A stretch of 63,951 bases of DNA, counting the filler, from Octopus bimaculoides (Eukaryota), in NCBI RefSeq assembly GCF_001194135.2. It is 6 parts of 6 records of this genome, joined end to end, with 100 filler letters (N's around TTAATTAATTAA, not from the genome) between each part and the next. Parts side by side here need not be neighbours in the genome. Positions count along the whole stretch, not along the records: positions 45,706 to 62,720 come from NC_068984.1; 5 more parts are not named here. One strand, 5' to 3'. Made by a program: the position numbers and the translations under genes. Shown piece by piece: positions 49,440 through 61,632 of this stretch (positions are counted from its first letter, which is position 1; each line of letters starts with the position of its first letter). A model generated the notes under the pieces. That model was not told where the DNA came from, did not search any database, and was given only the letters and a program-made list of their open reading frames with translations.

Positions 49440-49775
49440 CAGCTGTGTGGTTAAGACGGTCGCTTTGCAACCGTATGTTCTCCGGTTGAGACCCATTGTC
49501 CAGCACCTTGGCACGTATCTTTCACTATAGTCCCGAGTCGACTCTGGTAAATTATGTAGACAGAAGCCGGTCGTGTGTGTGTGTGTGTGTGTTTGTCACT
49601 TCCACTGCTTTACAACCGGTGATGGTTTGTTTACGTCCTCACCATGTAGCGGTTCGGCAAAAGAGACCGATAGAATAAGTATCAGAAATTAAAAATTAAG
49701 TATTGGGGTCGATTTTTGTGATCCTTGAAGGTGGTGCCCATTATGGCCACAGTCCAATGACTGTAACAAGTAAAA
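49440..49775 (+). mobile_element. tRNA-derived SINE, family B (diverged)
   Basis: Head AGCTGTGTGGTTAAGACG..CCGGTTGAGACCC, body GCGGTTCGGCAAAAGAGACCGATAGAATAAG, tail GGCCACAGTCCAATGACTGTAACAAGTAAAA. Confidence 0.75.
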
Positions 49776-49904
49776 TATAAAAGTTAGACATCACTATTTT
49801 CCTTACAAAAACTTGGCTGATTATAATTTCTTGTAATTGGGAGAAATTACAAAGTTCTCGTATGGTAGACTTACTGTTTATTGAATTGGCTCCAGTGCTT
49901 ATTT

Positions 49905-50080
49905 AGGTGAAGTGGGTACGTCGATTCCATCGATTTTAGTGTTCAAAGGGTACCTATTTTATCGACTCCGAAAGGATGAAGACCAAAGTCGATCTCGTCT
50001 GAATTTGAACTTAGAAAATAAACAGGGAAATACCGCTAAGCATTTTGTACGGCGTGCTAACGATTCTGTCAGCTCGTCAT
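49905..50080 (-). mobile_element. tRNA-derived SINE, family A
   Basis: Reverse-complement homology to family A; abuts a (TTA)n tract at 50086-50167. Confidence 0.75.
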
Positions 50081-50084
50081 CTTG

Positions 50085-50167
<83 letters not shown>

Positions 50168-50841
50168 NNNNNNNNNNNNNNNNNNNNNNNNNNNNNNNNN
50201 NNNNNNNNNNNNNNNNNNNNNNNNNNNNNNNNNNNNNNNNNNNNNNNNNNNNNNNNNNNNNNNNNNNNNNNNNNNNNNNNNNNNNNNNNNNNNNNNNNNN
50301 NNNNNNNNNNNNNNNNNNNNNNNNNNNNNNNNNNNNNNNNNNNNNNNNNNNNNNNNNNNNNNNNNNNNNNNNNNNNNNNNNNNNNNNNNNNNNNNNNNNN
50401 NNNNNNNNNNNNNNNNNNNNNNNNNNNNNNNNNNNNNNNNNNNNNNNNNNNNNNNNNNNNNNNNNNNNNNNNNNNNNNNNNNNNNNNNNNNNNNNNNNNN
50501 NNNNNNNNNNNNNNNNNNNNNNNNNNNNNNNNNNNNNNNNNNNNNNNNNNNNNNNNNNNNNNNNNNNNNNNNNNNNNNNNNTATATATATATACATATAT
50601 ATATACATATATATAACTAAATCAAGGATATAAATCCTCTTGAAGGGATGTCAGCATCCAAGTTTCCCGGTTATATCCAGTGTATCCGTGAAAACCAAAG
50701 ATGTTAGCTTCGCATTGATAGATCAGGGTATATTATTGTTTATTATCTATTATTTTTACTATGTTCTAATAAATTGGTGTCTATATGTCAGTTTCTTCGT
50801 TTTATTTTTCTCATACATACATGCATACATACATGCATACA

Positions 50842-50877
<36 letters not shown>

Positions 50878-51305
50878 TCTACGAAAGAGAGAGGGAGAGA
50901 GAGAGAGAGAGGAAAGGGAAAGAAAGAGAGAGAGGGAGCTATATACAATTTATAAAGGTTTGAATGCACTAACACCGAAATGCAGAAAAGTTGGAGGCAT
51001 TAGTTTGCAGAAAATAGGATCGTGACATACCTCACTAGATATGTGTTAGAATGCTCTTTGTAATCCGATAACTTTAACTGTTTACAAACCGATAATTCAC
51101 ATGGAATCCCCAGAAATATTTACGTCATTTTTCTCGCAGAACATTAAATTTCACAAGGTATTTGATTTCTCACAATGTTTAGGATAGGTAGAATATAAAT
51201 TTATTTTTAGAAATTCATATAAACAATAAACGATACATGAGGAAGTGTTAACAAGAATAGAAAGGAAGCAAATAAACGAATAAGTAATCAGTTTCGTGAA
51301 CTTAC

Positions 51306-51350
51306 CAAATGCAAGTAGAGAAGAGCAAAAAGAGTAACTGTAAGTTTCAT
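51306..51350 (-). CDS. Candidate first coding exon of a secreted protein (unconfirmed)
   Basis: CAACA-ATG start context, MKLTVTLFALLYLHL (signal-peptide-like), followed directly by GTAAGT. No homology recognised. Confidence 0.3.
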
Positions 51351-53000
51351 TGTTGAAATTGGTAGTGAGGACCAGAGCTCGATGTGTATTAAGTACGATG
51401 TCTCCGGTGTATTGCAATGTTTATTTTGGAATCATTACCTGTTTATATAGAGATGGTTCACCACTAGATGTCGCTTCTCTCGTTACAAGGTTGCATCCTT
51501 GTAACTGAAGAGAATATTTCCGGTTTTCACTGTTAAGACGAAGAGGAAGTTGTTCCGTGTGCCCTGCTTGAAACTGTCGAAGTTCGACAAAAGATTACTC
51601 CCCCTGCTATATCTTATATTGGCGCTGAAGTATTTCAGTCAAATACTGATTATCATATATTAAGTTTCGTTCAATTTTTTTTTGTTTATATTGATATCAA
51701 TTCATCCATGACGTCACTTGAAAATATCATACAAAATCTCTGATGGGAAAGCCGTATTTCCTTTCTTTCTTTCTTTTTCTTTTTGCTGTGACCAAAATAT
51801 TCTTAATTTGGATAAAGATTTTCCTTACACATATACGTGCTCTTACTACATCTGGTAAATTTTGTGGTTTGTCTTCAAGTAACAGTTGCACAAATGTACC
51901 GAAAATTCCTATAAATAATATTAAATACAAAAACGATGGCGTTTTTTTGTTGTTTTATTTTTTTTAAGTAAACAAAACTGAAAAATAACCAAGCAAAGAA
52001 AAAAAAAAGTAATATGTGAAATTATAGAAAACGACAATGTCTGCTTAAATATACGTGGGTTTTCGTGCGTGAAAGGAGTGTACAATCACAGTATGTGGGT
52101 GTTCGCGCGTGAGAGGAGTGTACATATGAAGGTGCTGAGTTTGTAGCTATATTTCTATTCTTCTCTTTCCTCCCTACCCCCTTTGCGACTGTACGTAATA
52201 TATATATATATTTATATATATCACAATACACGCAAAACAAACACACTTTCATACATACACGCAGATAGGGAGATAGAGAGGGAAGAAGAAGACAGAAAAG
52301 TATGCGTGCTTCTCTTCACTGAAAGTAATATAAGACTATATGTTTTCGTAAAACTTTGAAGAACAATATCACTGAGGAAATCAACAAATCCAGGAAACTG
52401 TTTAATAACAAGAATTAAGCAGGGAAACCCTTAAACTATCAAGGTTTTAACTATAATGGAGCCATTTCTAATCGTTTAAGATCAGATTAATTTAGAAATA
52501 TAAACGTGGTAATAGAAATTTAATTTCTATGAATTCCAAAATTTAGTTATATAACGTGTTATTTTATCCCGTTTCAAAATGCTTTCTCTTTTAACTAAGC
52601 CAAGATTGTTAAAATCGAAATAAAAGAAGGCAATATCTTAGTAATTGATGATAAACTACTTATTTTCATTGTCTTTTTTATTCTGATTAAAAATTGGTGT
52701 GTGGTCAAAACTTAACCATAGGCTCCAGGGTCAATCACATTGTCATGGAATAGCTCCGGGGCTCACTGCAATGAAGGCTTAAGTCGCATTCAATAACAAA
52801 CATCATTTCTATTATATTACACATCGCAGGAGAAAAAAAATTTAAATTTTAAAATATCTAAAATATCAATGACTCATATATTTATTTATTTTTATTTATT
52901 TCTCTGCAACTTTGCCTTGAAATGTTCCTTTCCACTGGAAAATTGTAGGGGGTCTCGTATGAAATTACATCTCAGATTTTATATATATGTATATATATAA

Positions 53001-53063
<63 letters not shown>

Positions 53064-53367
53064 NNNNNNNNNNATATATATATATATGCACATATATATA
53101 TGCATATATATGAATGTATATGTATGTATATGTGTATATATATATGTGTATGAATGTATATGTATATATATCTGCATATGTATGCACTTATATATATATA
53201 AGAATATACATATGAATATATGTGTATATGTATATATGTATGTCTGTATGTATGTTCGTATATATGTGTGTGTGTGTGTGTGAATATGTGTGTAATTTAT
53301 TTGCTTAAATATAATGTACATACACAGACACACATAACACACACACATTCACACACGCACGCGCGCG

Positions 53368-53408
<41 letters not shown>

Positions 53409-54246
53409 CAGACACACATAACACACACACACCACACACATATATCAGACCATGACAGATAAATTTTCTTTGCAATTTTTACACAAGTTACAAGGAATAT
53501 CAAGTTACGTATCTGTTTCCTATTTTACTTCGCAGTCCTGCCTACTTTCAGGAATAACAGAATCTTCACATGGGACTGCATTACATGTGTTATACGTCAC
53601 AAAATTTGTCTGACATTTCCAGGCTTACGTATTCGTACCTATATTTCAGCAATGAGCAGCGTTGTAGATGTTTATGAAACTCACAACTCACGTTACCATT
53701 TTCTATACTACATTTCCATTGCTGTATTTATTCTTCAGTCTTCAGTTGTTATGCTTCACAGTTTTCTTTTCTCCTGTAAACATTCTTATATGTGTGTAGA
53801 GCAGTTTGACCGAATGGTTAAGAAGCTCACTTCGCAACCACGAGATCCTGGCTTCAATCCCAGTGCATGACAAACGTAATTTCTATAGCCTCGCATAACC
53901 CCTATATCTCGTAAGTAAAATTAGGTGGACGGAAACTGCATAGAAATCCGTCAGCAGAATTGTATATGTAATTCAGGAGGTTCAGTTTTGCCACATACTG
54001 TGTCATGCTAATTTTGCTGAGTACATTAAAGGTGCACGTGATTGTGAAATGCTGAGTCACTTAAACGTGAATTCAAGAAAAGGCGACTCAGTTGGTGGGA
54101 TAACTAAATCCTCATAATCGTACGACGGAGGTTCACCACCAACACCACTATTTTTACAGCACTTGCTCAGCTGAAATTAAGTTGTCGGAAACAGAATAAG
54201 TCTGTCGGGCGGATTGCACCTGTAGCTGTTATCATGCATAATAGCC

Positions 54247-54329
<83 letters not shown>

Positions 54330-54599
54330 GTCACTCTGATTTTCTCGGAGAATTACGTTAAGGCTACACACAGTGGCCAGGGTATGAAATTTTCTCAGGT
54401 AGTGCAAACCCAGGTTCAAATTGTTTATAAACAAGGCCGATTTTTTTTTTCAATTTTAATATCAAAACAAACACCGGTATTATAATGTTTTTGCTATAAT
54501 TATATATGGAAAAGTAATGCTTCAAATCATTCCAGAAAATTTTCTATCCTCGTTCGGTTTGGCGATGAAGTTTTCCAAGATGTCCAAAGTGTTTTCATT

Positions 54600-55260
54600 G
54601 CACAAGTTTTTATGTACATGCATTACAACAGTGTGTGAAACGGTGTTGCGTCATTGTGGTGCGGAGTTAGGTCTTCAAACAGCAAAATGAGCTGAACATT
54701 CTCTCGCTTGATGCAACAGACACAGGCTTGCAACATGAAGACATTCTCATCACAAAGACTCGTTCATAACGCTTTCAGAAGTTCAATTATCAGTGACCTT
54801 GGCAACTGTAGACCCAACTTCTTGGAGGACAAGATCCAGAGAGTGGTTTCTGCAGGGTACAAAATACGAACCAGGAAACATATCTTTTAATTTCTTTTAT
54901 ATTCCTGAAATGTTTCCGCTCATGGTACATGCGCCATCAAAGGCAAAAGCAGCATACTTTTGAGCCCAGAGAAATGTTTAGGTAACAAAAGACATCCAGA
55001 TAACCTTAGACAGTGTCTCCGAACTGTAGTCAAGAGGGTTATAAAAGCTGAGAAAATCTTCGTGAACATCCTGGTTTTCAGAAACAATAACGACAATAAC
55101 TGATTCTTGTTCCATGTCAGAGCAATTACATATAACATCAATAAACATGGAATCTTCAACCTTTTTTTTTTTTTTTTTTATCTCATGTAGGATGTTATAA
55201 GCATAGGAAATGAACATGTCGCTCAAGCTGCCAGCTTATTTCTGCACCACATTCCTCGGC
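54600..55260 (-). mobile_element. hAT-family transposase remnant
   Basis: SDMEQESVIV..VHEDFLSFY..SSETLSKVI, then in shifted frames AFDGACTMSGNISG and FPGSYFVPCRNHSLDLVLQEV. Matches the hAT motifs EQxS..EEFLGF, YDGAxxMSG and HCxxHxLNL. Confidence 0.75.
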
Positions 55261-55644
55261 AAGTTCTTTTATGAGATTTACAAAGTTTACTGTGACATGT
55301 GAAGTAACTTCTATTATGTTTTACTAAGGATATTCCTTGATCCTTCAACAATGGTACTGCGAACTGATATTATCGTTCACTGAGGATTTCTAATCACGAA
55401 AGTGCTAACCACTATTATCTTTCATTATTTATTTTAGTTCCTTGTTCTTATTTTGTGAAGAAATCTAACTTCAAGCAACTTTTTACAGGTCAGTTTTAAA
55501 CCACTATTTTCTAAGCCTGGGAAAGGTAAATATTGAATTTTGCACACCCACAAATTTCTTGGGGGGGGGGGGACAAGTGCACCTCCTGCACCTCATGTTC
55601 CCGAGTAGACGCGTCTGTGGAATGCTCAGTCAATTTAAAGGTGC

Positions 55645-56246
55645 TAAATTTGGTAAATAGAGCGGGTGCAGTAGCGATACCATATTGTTTTTGGCAAGAA
55701 ACTCACAAATGAGGAGAGCTCGGCGAAGAATTCAAATCTTTGCGCCCCACAAATCCAGTCGCTTTCGCCGAATGTCCCCCCCCCCTAAAACGCTTCAAAA
55801 CGTCGCAGTAGAATTCTCGATTGACGGTTTGATGCATTGTTGATGCACAATACCACATTTCCCTGTCTTTCAGATCGCTCATCGTTTTCCAGGGACGTTC
55901 ATCTGCTTTTAAAGCACCCGTGTCACTCGAAACATTGCGTACGACCCGTTACCTTGTCACCATAAGTTTACCGAAGCGTGCTCAATGTCTCTGTAGCAGA
56001 TTTGCCGAGCTTAACACAAAATTTCTCGTTGGCTCTTTGTGCCTGTCCATGAAAAAATTGCAGACTACAACAAACACGGGATCACAAAAACCCAAATTTC
56101 ACAACTTGCGAAGTAAGTACAACGATGTCACTCGGAACACTGCTTCATGCAGGTCACTGTTAGCTTTCACTGCACACGCAACCGTGTACTGCCATCTGTT
56201 AGCGCACTACAGAACTAGTCCGAGAACTTTTTGATACCATCTCGTA
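55645..56246 (-). mobile_element. Internally deleted mariner element
   Basis: TIR-like end TACGAGATGGTATCAAAAAGTTCTCGGACTAG (minus, from about 56246); FCVKLGKSATETL, YGDKVTGRTQCFE*HGCFKSR*TSLENDERS, then directly TVNREFYCDVLKR..DIRRKRLDLW..EFLAKNNMVSLLHPLYLPNLAP. Second TIR not found. Confidence 0.85.
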
Positions 56247-56803
56247 ACAATATACAACAATAACAAACACTTGAAAGTCACTTTCCAGCTAAAGTCGGGG
56301 TTTGAACAAAGGATCGAACAAGAAGAAAGAAGAAAAGGAAATATAGAATGTTCTACGTTGATGTACTTGATAAGCCTGCGTGAATCAATGTTTATCTATT
56401 TTATATTTTGTTGCCCGAACAGCCGGTATATCTTTTCAGGAATTAAGTGATAGCACTGTCTGACGATGGGTTTCCGGAAGTTATGAGTAGCGTTCGGAAA
56501 GATCTTCACAAAATAATTTTTTTATCATCCGCGATGGTGGTTACCTATTCCACACACATCACCCAGGTGGACTATCATTGCGCATGCTTTTCAACACTTC
56601 TTAATCGAACGCAGTGGTAGGGTCGTTGTCCTATGAACTTTCTAATCGGTGGAGTTCCATAACTGCTTGACGGCACCGCAGAATGATTAGCATAAATATA
56701 CAAATTTGTTATTAAGAGCTACACGAGGACGACGACGACAATAACGACGACGACGACGACCACCACCACCACCACCACCTGTCAGCATTAATATGTAAGT
56801 GCA

Positions 56804-56836
<33 letters not shown>

Positions 56837-57007
56837 GAGTAACGTTGAGTAACGTTTTCATGCTTGGATTTGTAAACTACGATAAGAATAACGCTGGTCA
56901 ACAAAGAATGGATCTTTACCCTTTGAACAGCAGATCGAAAAATAAATTTTTTGTAACTAAACACTTTCAAACTTGGGACACTGGTAGAATGTGTCATATA
57001 AAACATC

Positions 57008-57561
57008 GGATCTATTTTAAAACGGGGGCCACATTTTTCATTAATGTTTTACGTAGTGTTTTTGGTACCGAAAGACTTTCAAACTTCGTATACTTATCTA
57101 TTTTGTGTTATAGAACAGAAAAATATTTTTGTATTCGAATTTATTTCATGTAAAAAATTGTCTTATTTCGATAATTTCAACCAATCACTGACAAGTATTC
57201 AGTTGTTTACATTTACTCNNNNNNNNNNNNNNNNNNNNNNNNNNNNNNNNNNNNNNNNNNNNNNNNNNNNNNNNNNNNNNNNNNNNNNNNNNNNNNNNNN
57301 NNNNNNNNNNNNNNNNNNNNNNNNNNNNNNNNNNNNNNNNNNNNNNNNNNNNNNNNNNNNNNNNNNNNNNNNNNNNNNNNNNNNNNNNNNNNNNNNNNNN
57401 NNNNNNNNNNNNNNNNNNNNNNNNNNNNNNNNNNGAATACAAAAATATTTTTCTGTTCTATAACACAAAATAGATAAGTATACGAAGTTTGAAAGTCTTT
57501 CGGTACCAAAAACACTACGTAAAACATTAATGAAAAATGTGGCCCCCGTTTTAAAAAAGAT
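57008..57561. mobile_element. Long-TIR MITE/foldback element spanning a gap
   Basis: 57435-57561 is the reverse complement of about 57008-57135; the centre is N-filled. Confidence 0.8.
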
Positions 57562-58114
57562 TCAAAACATCTTTTACTCTTAGTGCTGTTGAGAAAAGTT
57601 TGTATTTTGAAAGTTATTTCGTGTTAAAGTTGTCGTATTTCGGTAATTTCAATCAATCAATGACGTATATTCAGCTGAATAAAATTACTGCTGTTGTTTG
57701 TCAACATGCACTTATATATTAATGATGACAGAGAAAAAGTGAGAGAGAAAGAGAGAGAGTAAAAGTGACAGTGAGTGGTGACGGCGTTCGTTTTGTCTTT
57801 TTAGCAGAAGAGACTGACAGAATAAGCACCAGGCTTACAGGGAATAAGTCCAGGGGTCAATTTCTCAGACTAAAGTGTGGTGCTCTAACATGGCCACCGT
57901 CAGATGACTGAAAAAAACAAGTAAAAGAATAAAAGAATACCAGAAAAACGTTCCGTACCACTAAACTGAGAAGGTTCTTTGAATATGTACGGTGTATTTT
58001 AAGGCTAAATAGTAATTCCGTTTACGTTTGTGTAACTGAGATATTTTGGTTGGATTATATAGTCATTGGCGTTACATTACTTTCTATATTCTGTAACTGT
58101 CACAATATACTTTT

Positions 58115-58258
58115 ATAGGCCTGAAATTTTTGTGGGAAGGGGGTCAGTTGATTAGATCGATTCCAGCACACAGCTGGTACTTAATTTATCGTTCCCCAAA
58201 GGACGAAAGGCAAAGTCGACCTCGGCAGAATTTGAACTCAGAACGTAAAGACAGACGA
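58115..58258 (-). mobile_element. tRNA-derived SINE, family A (3' part)
   Basis: AAAGGCAAAGTCGACCTCGGCAGAATTTGAACTCAGAACGTAAAGAC, CpGs intact. Confidence 0.8.
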
Positions 58259-58606
58259 TTATAATATACAAACATTTCTCATGGCACCACACTGTTTACA
58301 GATGCTTACATTTTTTTATTCTGTTGTGTCTGGGGAGAGTCATTTTCTTTTTGTGCCTTATAATTTAACACACTCACCGGTAAAATTTCCACTTATTTCT
58401 TATTTTTATTTTCCTAAAATTTTCGTTGCGTCTCGCAACCTTTTCAATAGTCTTGACTCTTATAAGGCACAAAAAGAAAATGACTCTCCCCAGACACAAC
58501 AGAATATGCTTCAACACACGAACTCACATAAAGAATCTTGCAAACCAAATCCATAAACGAAATACATTTTTTATGTTTTCCGCGAATTTTTCACGGGTCC
58601 AGCTAG

Positions 58607-58644
<38 letters not shown>

Positions 58645-60286
58645 CATTTTCATTTCTTAAGTAGTGAGACAAATCCAAGCGATCAAGTCCTCTCCCAAAA
58701 GTGCTTATGCAATAAATGTCAAAACGAATTTCTGTGTGTCAGTGTGTCAAACTTTGACCCCGTCTCTCACTATTCAATGACACTTCCTCTTGCTGGGGTG
58801 AGAGTAATAGTAGGTATAGAGGCGGTGGGTGCAGTAGGAGATTGACAGTTGAGATGCTAACGGGGTGATAGTAATAGAATGATCTGTAGCTGTGATAGAA
58901 GTGGAGGCGACGGTGACGGTGGTGATGGTGGTGGTGGTAGCTGAGGTGGTCAAGTATTATGGTGATAGTAAGGGATGTGAAAAACAGTGGTGATGGTAAT
59001 GGAGGGGAAGGCGGCGGACTCAAAGGTGTTGATGGTGGTGGTGTCAGAAGTCTGAATGGTGTGTGTATGGCAGTTGTGGTGGTGATGGTGATGGTGATGG
59101 TTGAAAACAATCAACAGAAAGAGAGAAAGAGAGAAAGAGAGAAAGAAAGAGGTTAGAAAACAAATTGTACTGACCCCCGAATGGAAAGACAAAAAATGTT
59201 TATCATGAAGCTTTGCAATAAGTTCCAAGTCGCCATATTATATAATTGATTTGACGAAAATTGTTCATTGCTTGAAAAATATTGGTCAAGTTTAATAAAA
59301 TCTAATATGTACTCAATGCATGAAGTGTCATTATTGGGCTCAAGGTCCAATGAAGAACCTTCCACAGGAGCTTGCTTAAAAGCCGCCCTTTTATGTTAGT
59401 GTAAGTCGCGGCTTTTAAGCTAATGTAAAATATATTCCGATATTATTATACTGAGAACAGCATTTCGCTCAGCGCACTAACGATTCCGCCAGCTCGCCGC
59501 CTTGGTTTCAAATTTCGACACAAAGTCAACAATTTTAAGAGAAAAGGTTAGATGAAACTTATTAAAACGCACAAATATTTACAGAGAAATAAACTGAAAA
59601 AATATACAATAAAACACAATAATTAAGACAAAATATCAAATATCTACTATATAAAATTTAAACGTGAACTTGCGTTGATCGGAGTATCTCACCTTCCAGA
59701 TTAGGCATCCACATGAAATCCTTCCTGTATTGTTCTTAGCTGGAAATCTCAGGATTATCTACACGACGCGCTCTTGGGTCACAGTTGGCAAGTAAAAGCT
59801 TACGTCCTCTGAATTGTTGACATGTAACACTTCGTAACGTCTATCTGAAATTTGTTTCCTTTCCGATCTGGCAATTCATTGTGTATAGCATATAAGTATT
59901 TCATTAAACTTTTTGCTAGTCTTGCAAAAGGGGCTGTAAATTTCATTTTGTTCTGGATGTGAGGAGCCTGTTTCCCTTTCACATGATATGAGCACTCCTT
60001 AATAGGGTACGAGTTGTTATCACAAGAAGTGTACCACTCCTCGTGATATTAATTGCCTCTAATTTTTTGGGTTTTTCTTTCGTTGGGGCTATATATTATT
60101 TTTTTAAAGATGTCTGTTTATCTCATTCTACCTATGTCTGGTTTCCAACATCAAAATGGATTGAGTGCAACAGTCATGTGGTGTTTTCTGGTCATTTAGT
60201 TCTAAATGTTGTTTTCTGGTCATTTAGTTCTAAATGTTGTTCCTGCAGCTATTATTATTATTATTGTTATTATTATTATTATTGTT

Positions 60287-60663
60287 CAGTAGTTTTATTT
60301 TTATAACGTGCTTTCACTTCACTACCGAGCGCAGCTCTGTGCGCCTTGGGTATGTGCTGTGGTTTGCTGTGGTGCTCTTATGTTTACTGTATTGAAAGTG
60401 TTTTGCGTAGAATGTGTGCAGTACCCAGTAGTGCAATTTTCTGTATGTTATATATATTTGTAAGTCCTGGTATTTTTGTTATGTATTTGTCTGAATATTT
60501 TTTTTTATTAAACCTAAGGCACCTACTATGATAGGAATTGTTTCTGTTTTTAGATTCCACATTCGAGTTATCTCTATTTCCAGGTCTTTGTATTTTGAAA
60601 GTTTTTCCATTTCTTTTAGAGAAACGTTGTCATCTGTTGGTATTGATACATCAATTAGAAAGC
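60287..60663 (-). mobile_element. 5'-truncated R4/Dong-clade LINE between two (TAA)n tracts
   Basis: FLIDVSIPTDDNVSLKEMEKLSKYKDLEIEITRMWNLKTETIPIIVGALG../..IPGLTNIYNIQKIALLGTAHILRKTLSIQ* (stop 60384-60386, one homopolymer frameshift), the restriction-like endonuclease C-terminus, then a 97-bp 3' UTR. Confidence 0.88.
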
Positions 60664-60664
60664 T

Positions 60665-60683
60665 ATTATTGTTATTATTATTA

Positions 60684-60772
<89 letters not shown>
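60665..60772. repeat. (TTA)n microsatellite
   Basis: Read directly. Confidence 0.95.
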
Positions 60773-60773
<1 letters not shown>

Positions 60774-60862
60774 TGGCTCAGGATCGGTCTTATTCATGAT
60801 AGAGTTTAAGTGGGTAGCGGGTTACTACCTGCAACCTTAGGTGCTTTCCAAGTGCTTAATGC

Positions 60863-60982
60863 CCTCCTCCTCCTCTCCTCTTCCCCTCCTCCTCCTCTCC
60901 TCTTCCCCTCCTCCTCCTCTCCTCTTCCCCTCCTCCTTCTCTCCTCTTCCCCTCCTCCTCCTCTCCTCTTCCCCTCCTCCTC
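60863..60982. repeat. 22-bp polypyrimidine tandem repeat, about 5.5 copies
   Basis: Unit TTCCCCTCCTCCTCCTCTCCTC. Confidence 0.9.
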
Positions 60983-61041
60983 ATTATTATTATTATTATT
61001 AATTATTATCATCATTGTTGTTGTTGTTATTATTATTATTG

Positions 61042-61550
61042 AGTAAGAGAACAGTGCATGCCATCAAATTGACACCGGGTTAAAATATACGGAGTCGAGT
61101 ATACCCATCATGACTACCCGTCTGATATGGGTACACCAGGCACATGCATCACAACCATATGTACGCGACATAGCGATAAACAGTGCATGACCTTGGAGGT
61201 GAGGCCCAGTTAGAATTTTCTCACGATCGAGAACTCCAATCCGTTCAAAAGGTCCCTGAATAAGGGTTGTTTAAGGATGTTGAACAAAACACCCATGTTT
61301 CCAGAAGTGAATTATCAAAACTCCAAATAATTCCTCTCAACACATGGCTATGATGCTCCCCCACTACTTCTGCTCGTCATCAGAGATGCACATATCGTCA
61401 GCCACCAAGGGACATGCTCAACTGGTTAAGGTCAAGCAAATGACAAGCAAATCTGTGGTATTGAGCAGAATATTTACTGTAGCCCATACCAAGGCAAAAT
61501 AATGTACGTGATAAAACTTCCAATCAGTTAAAATCAGAAGCCATGAGAGC
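61042..61550. mobile_element. Non-coding interspersed repeat between two (TTA)n tracts
   Basis: High-complexity 500-bp block bounded by TTA arrays at 60984-61040 and 61556-61631. I recall this as a recurrent Octopus repeat but there is no second copy in the window. Confidence 0.45.
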
Positions 61551-61579
61551 CACTTATTATTATTATTATTATTATTATA

Positions 61580-61632
<53 letters not shown>

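Noticed and set aside
51470-51560. Type III hammerhead (hairpin GTTACAAGG/CCTTGTAAC followed by CTGAAGA)
   Set aside because: No NUH triplet at the required position and no GAAA after a stem II.
53355-53405. (GC)n/(CA)n Z-DNA-prone tract
   Set aside because: Ordinary microsatellite variant in a genome saturated with such tracts.
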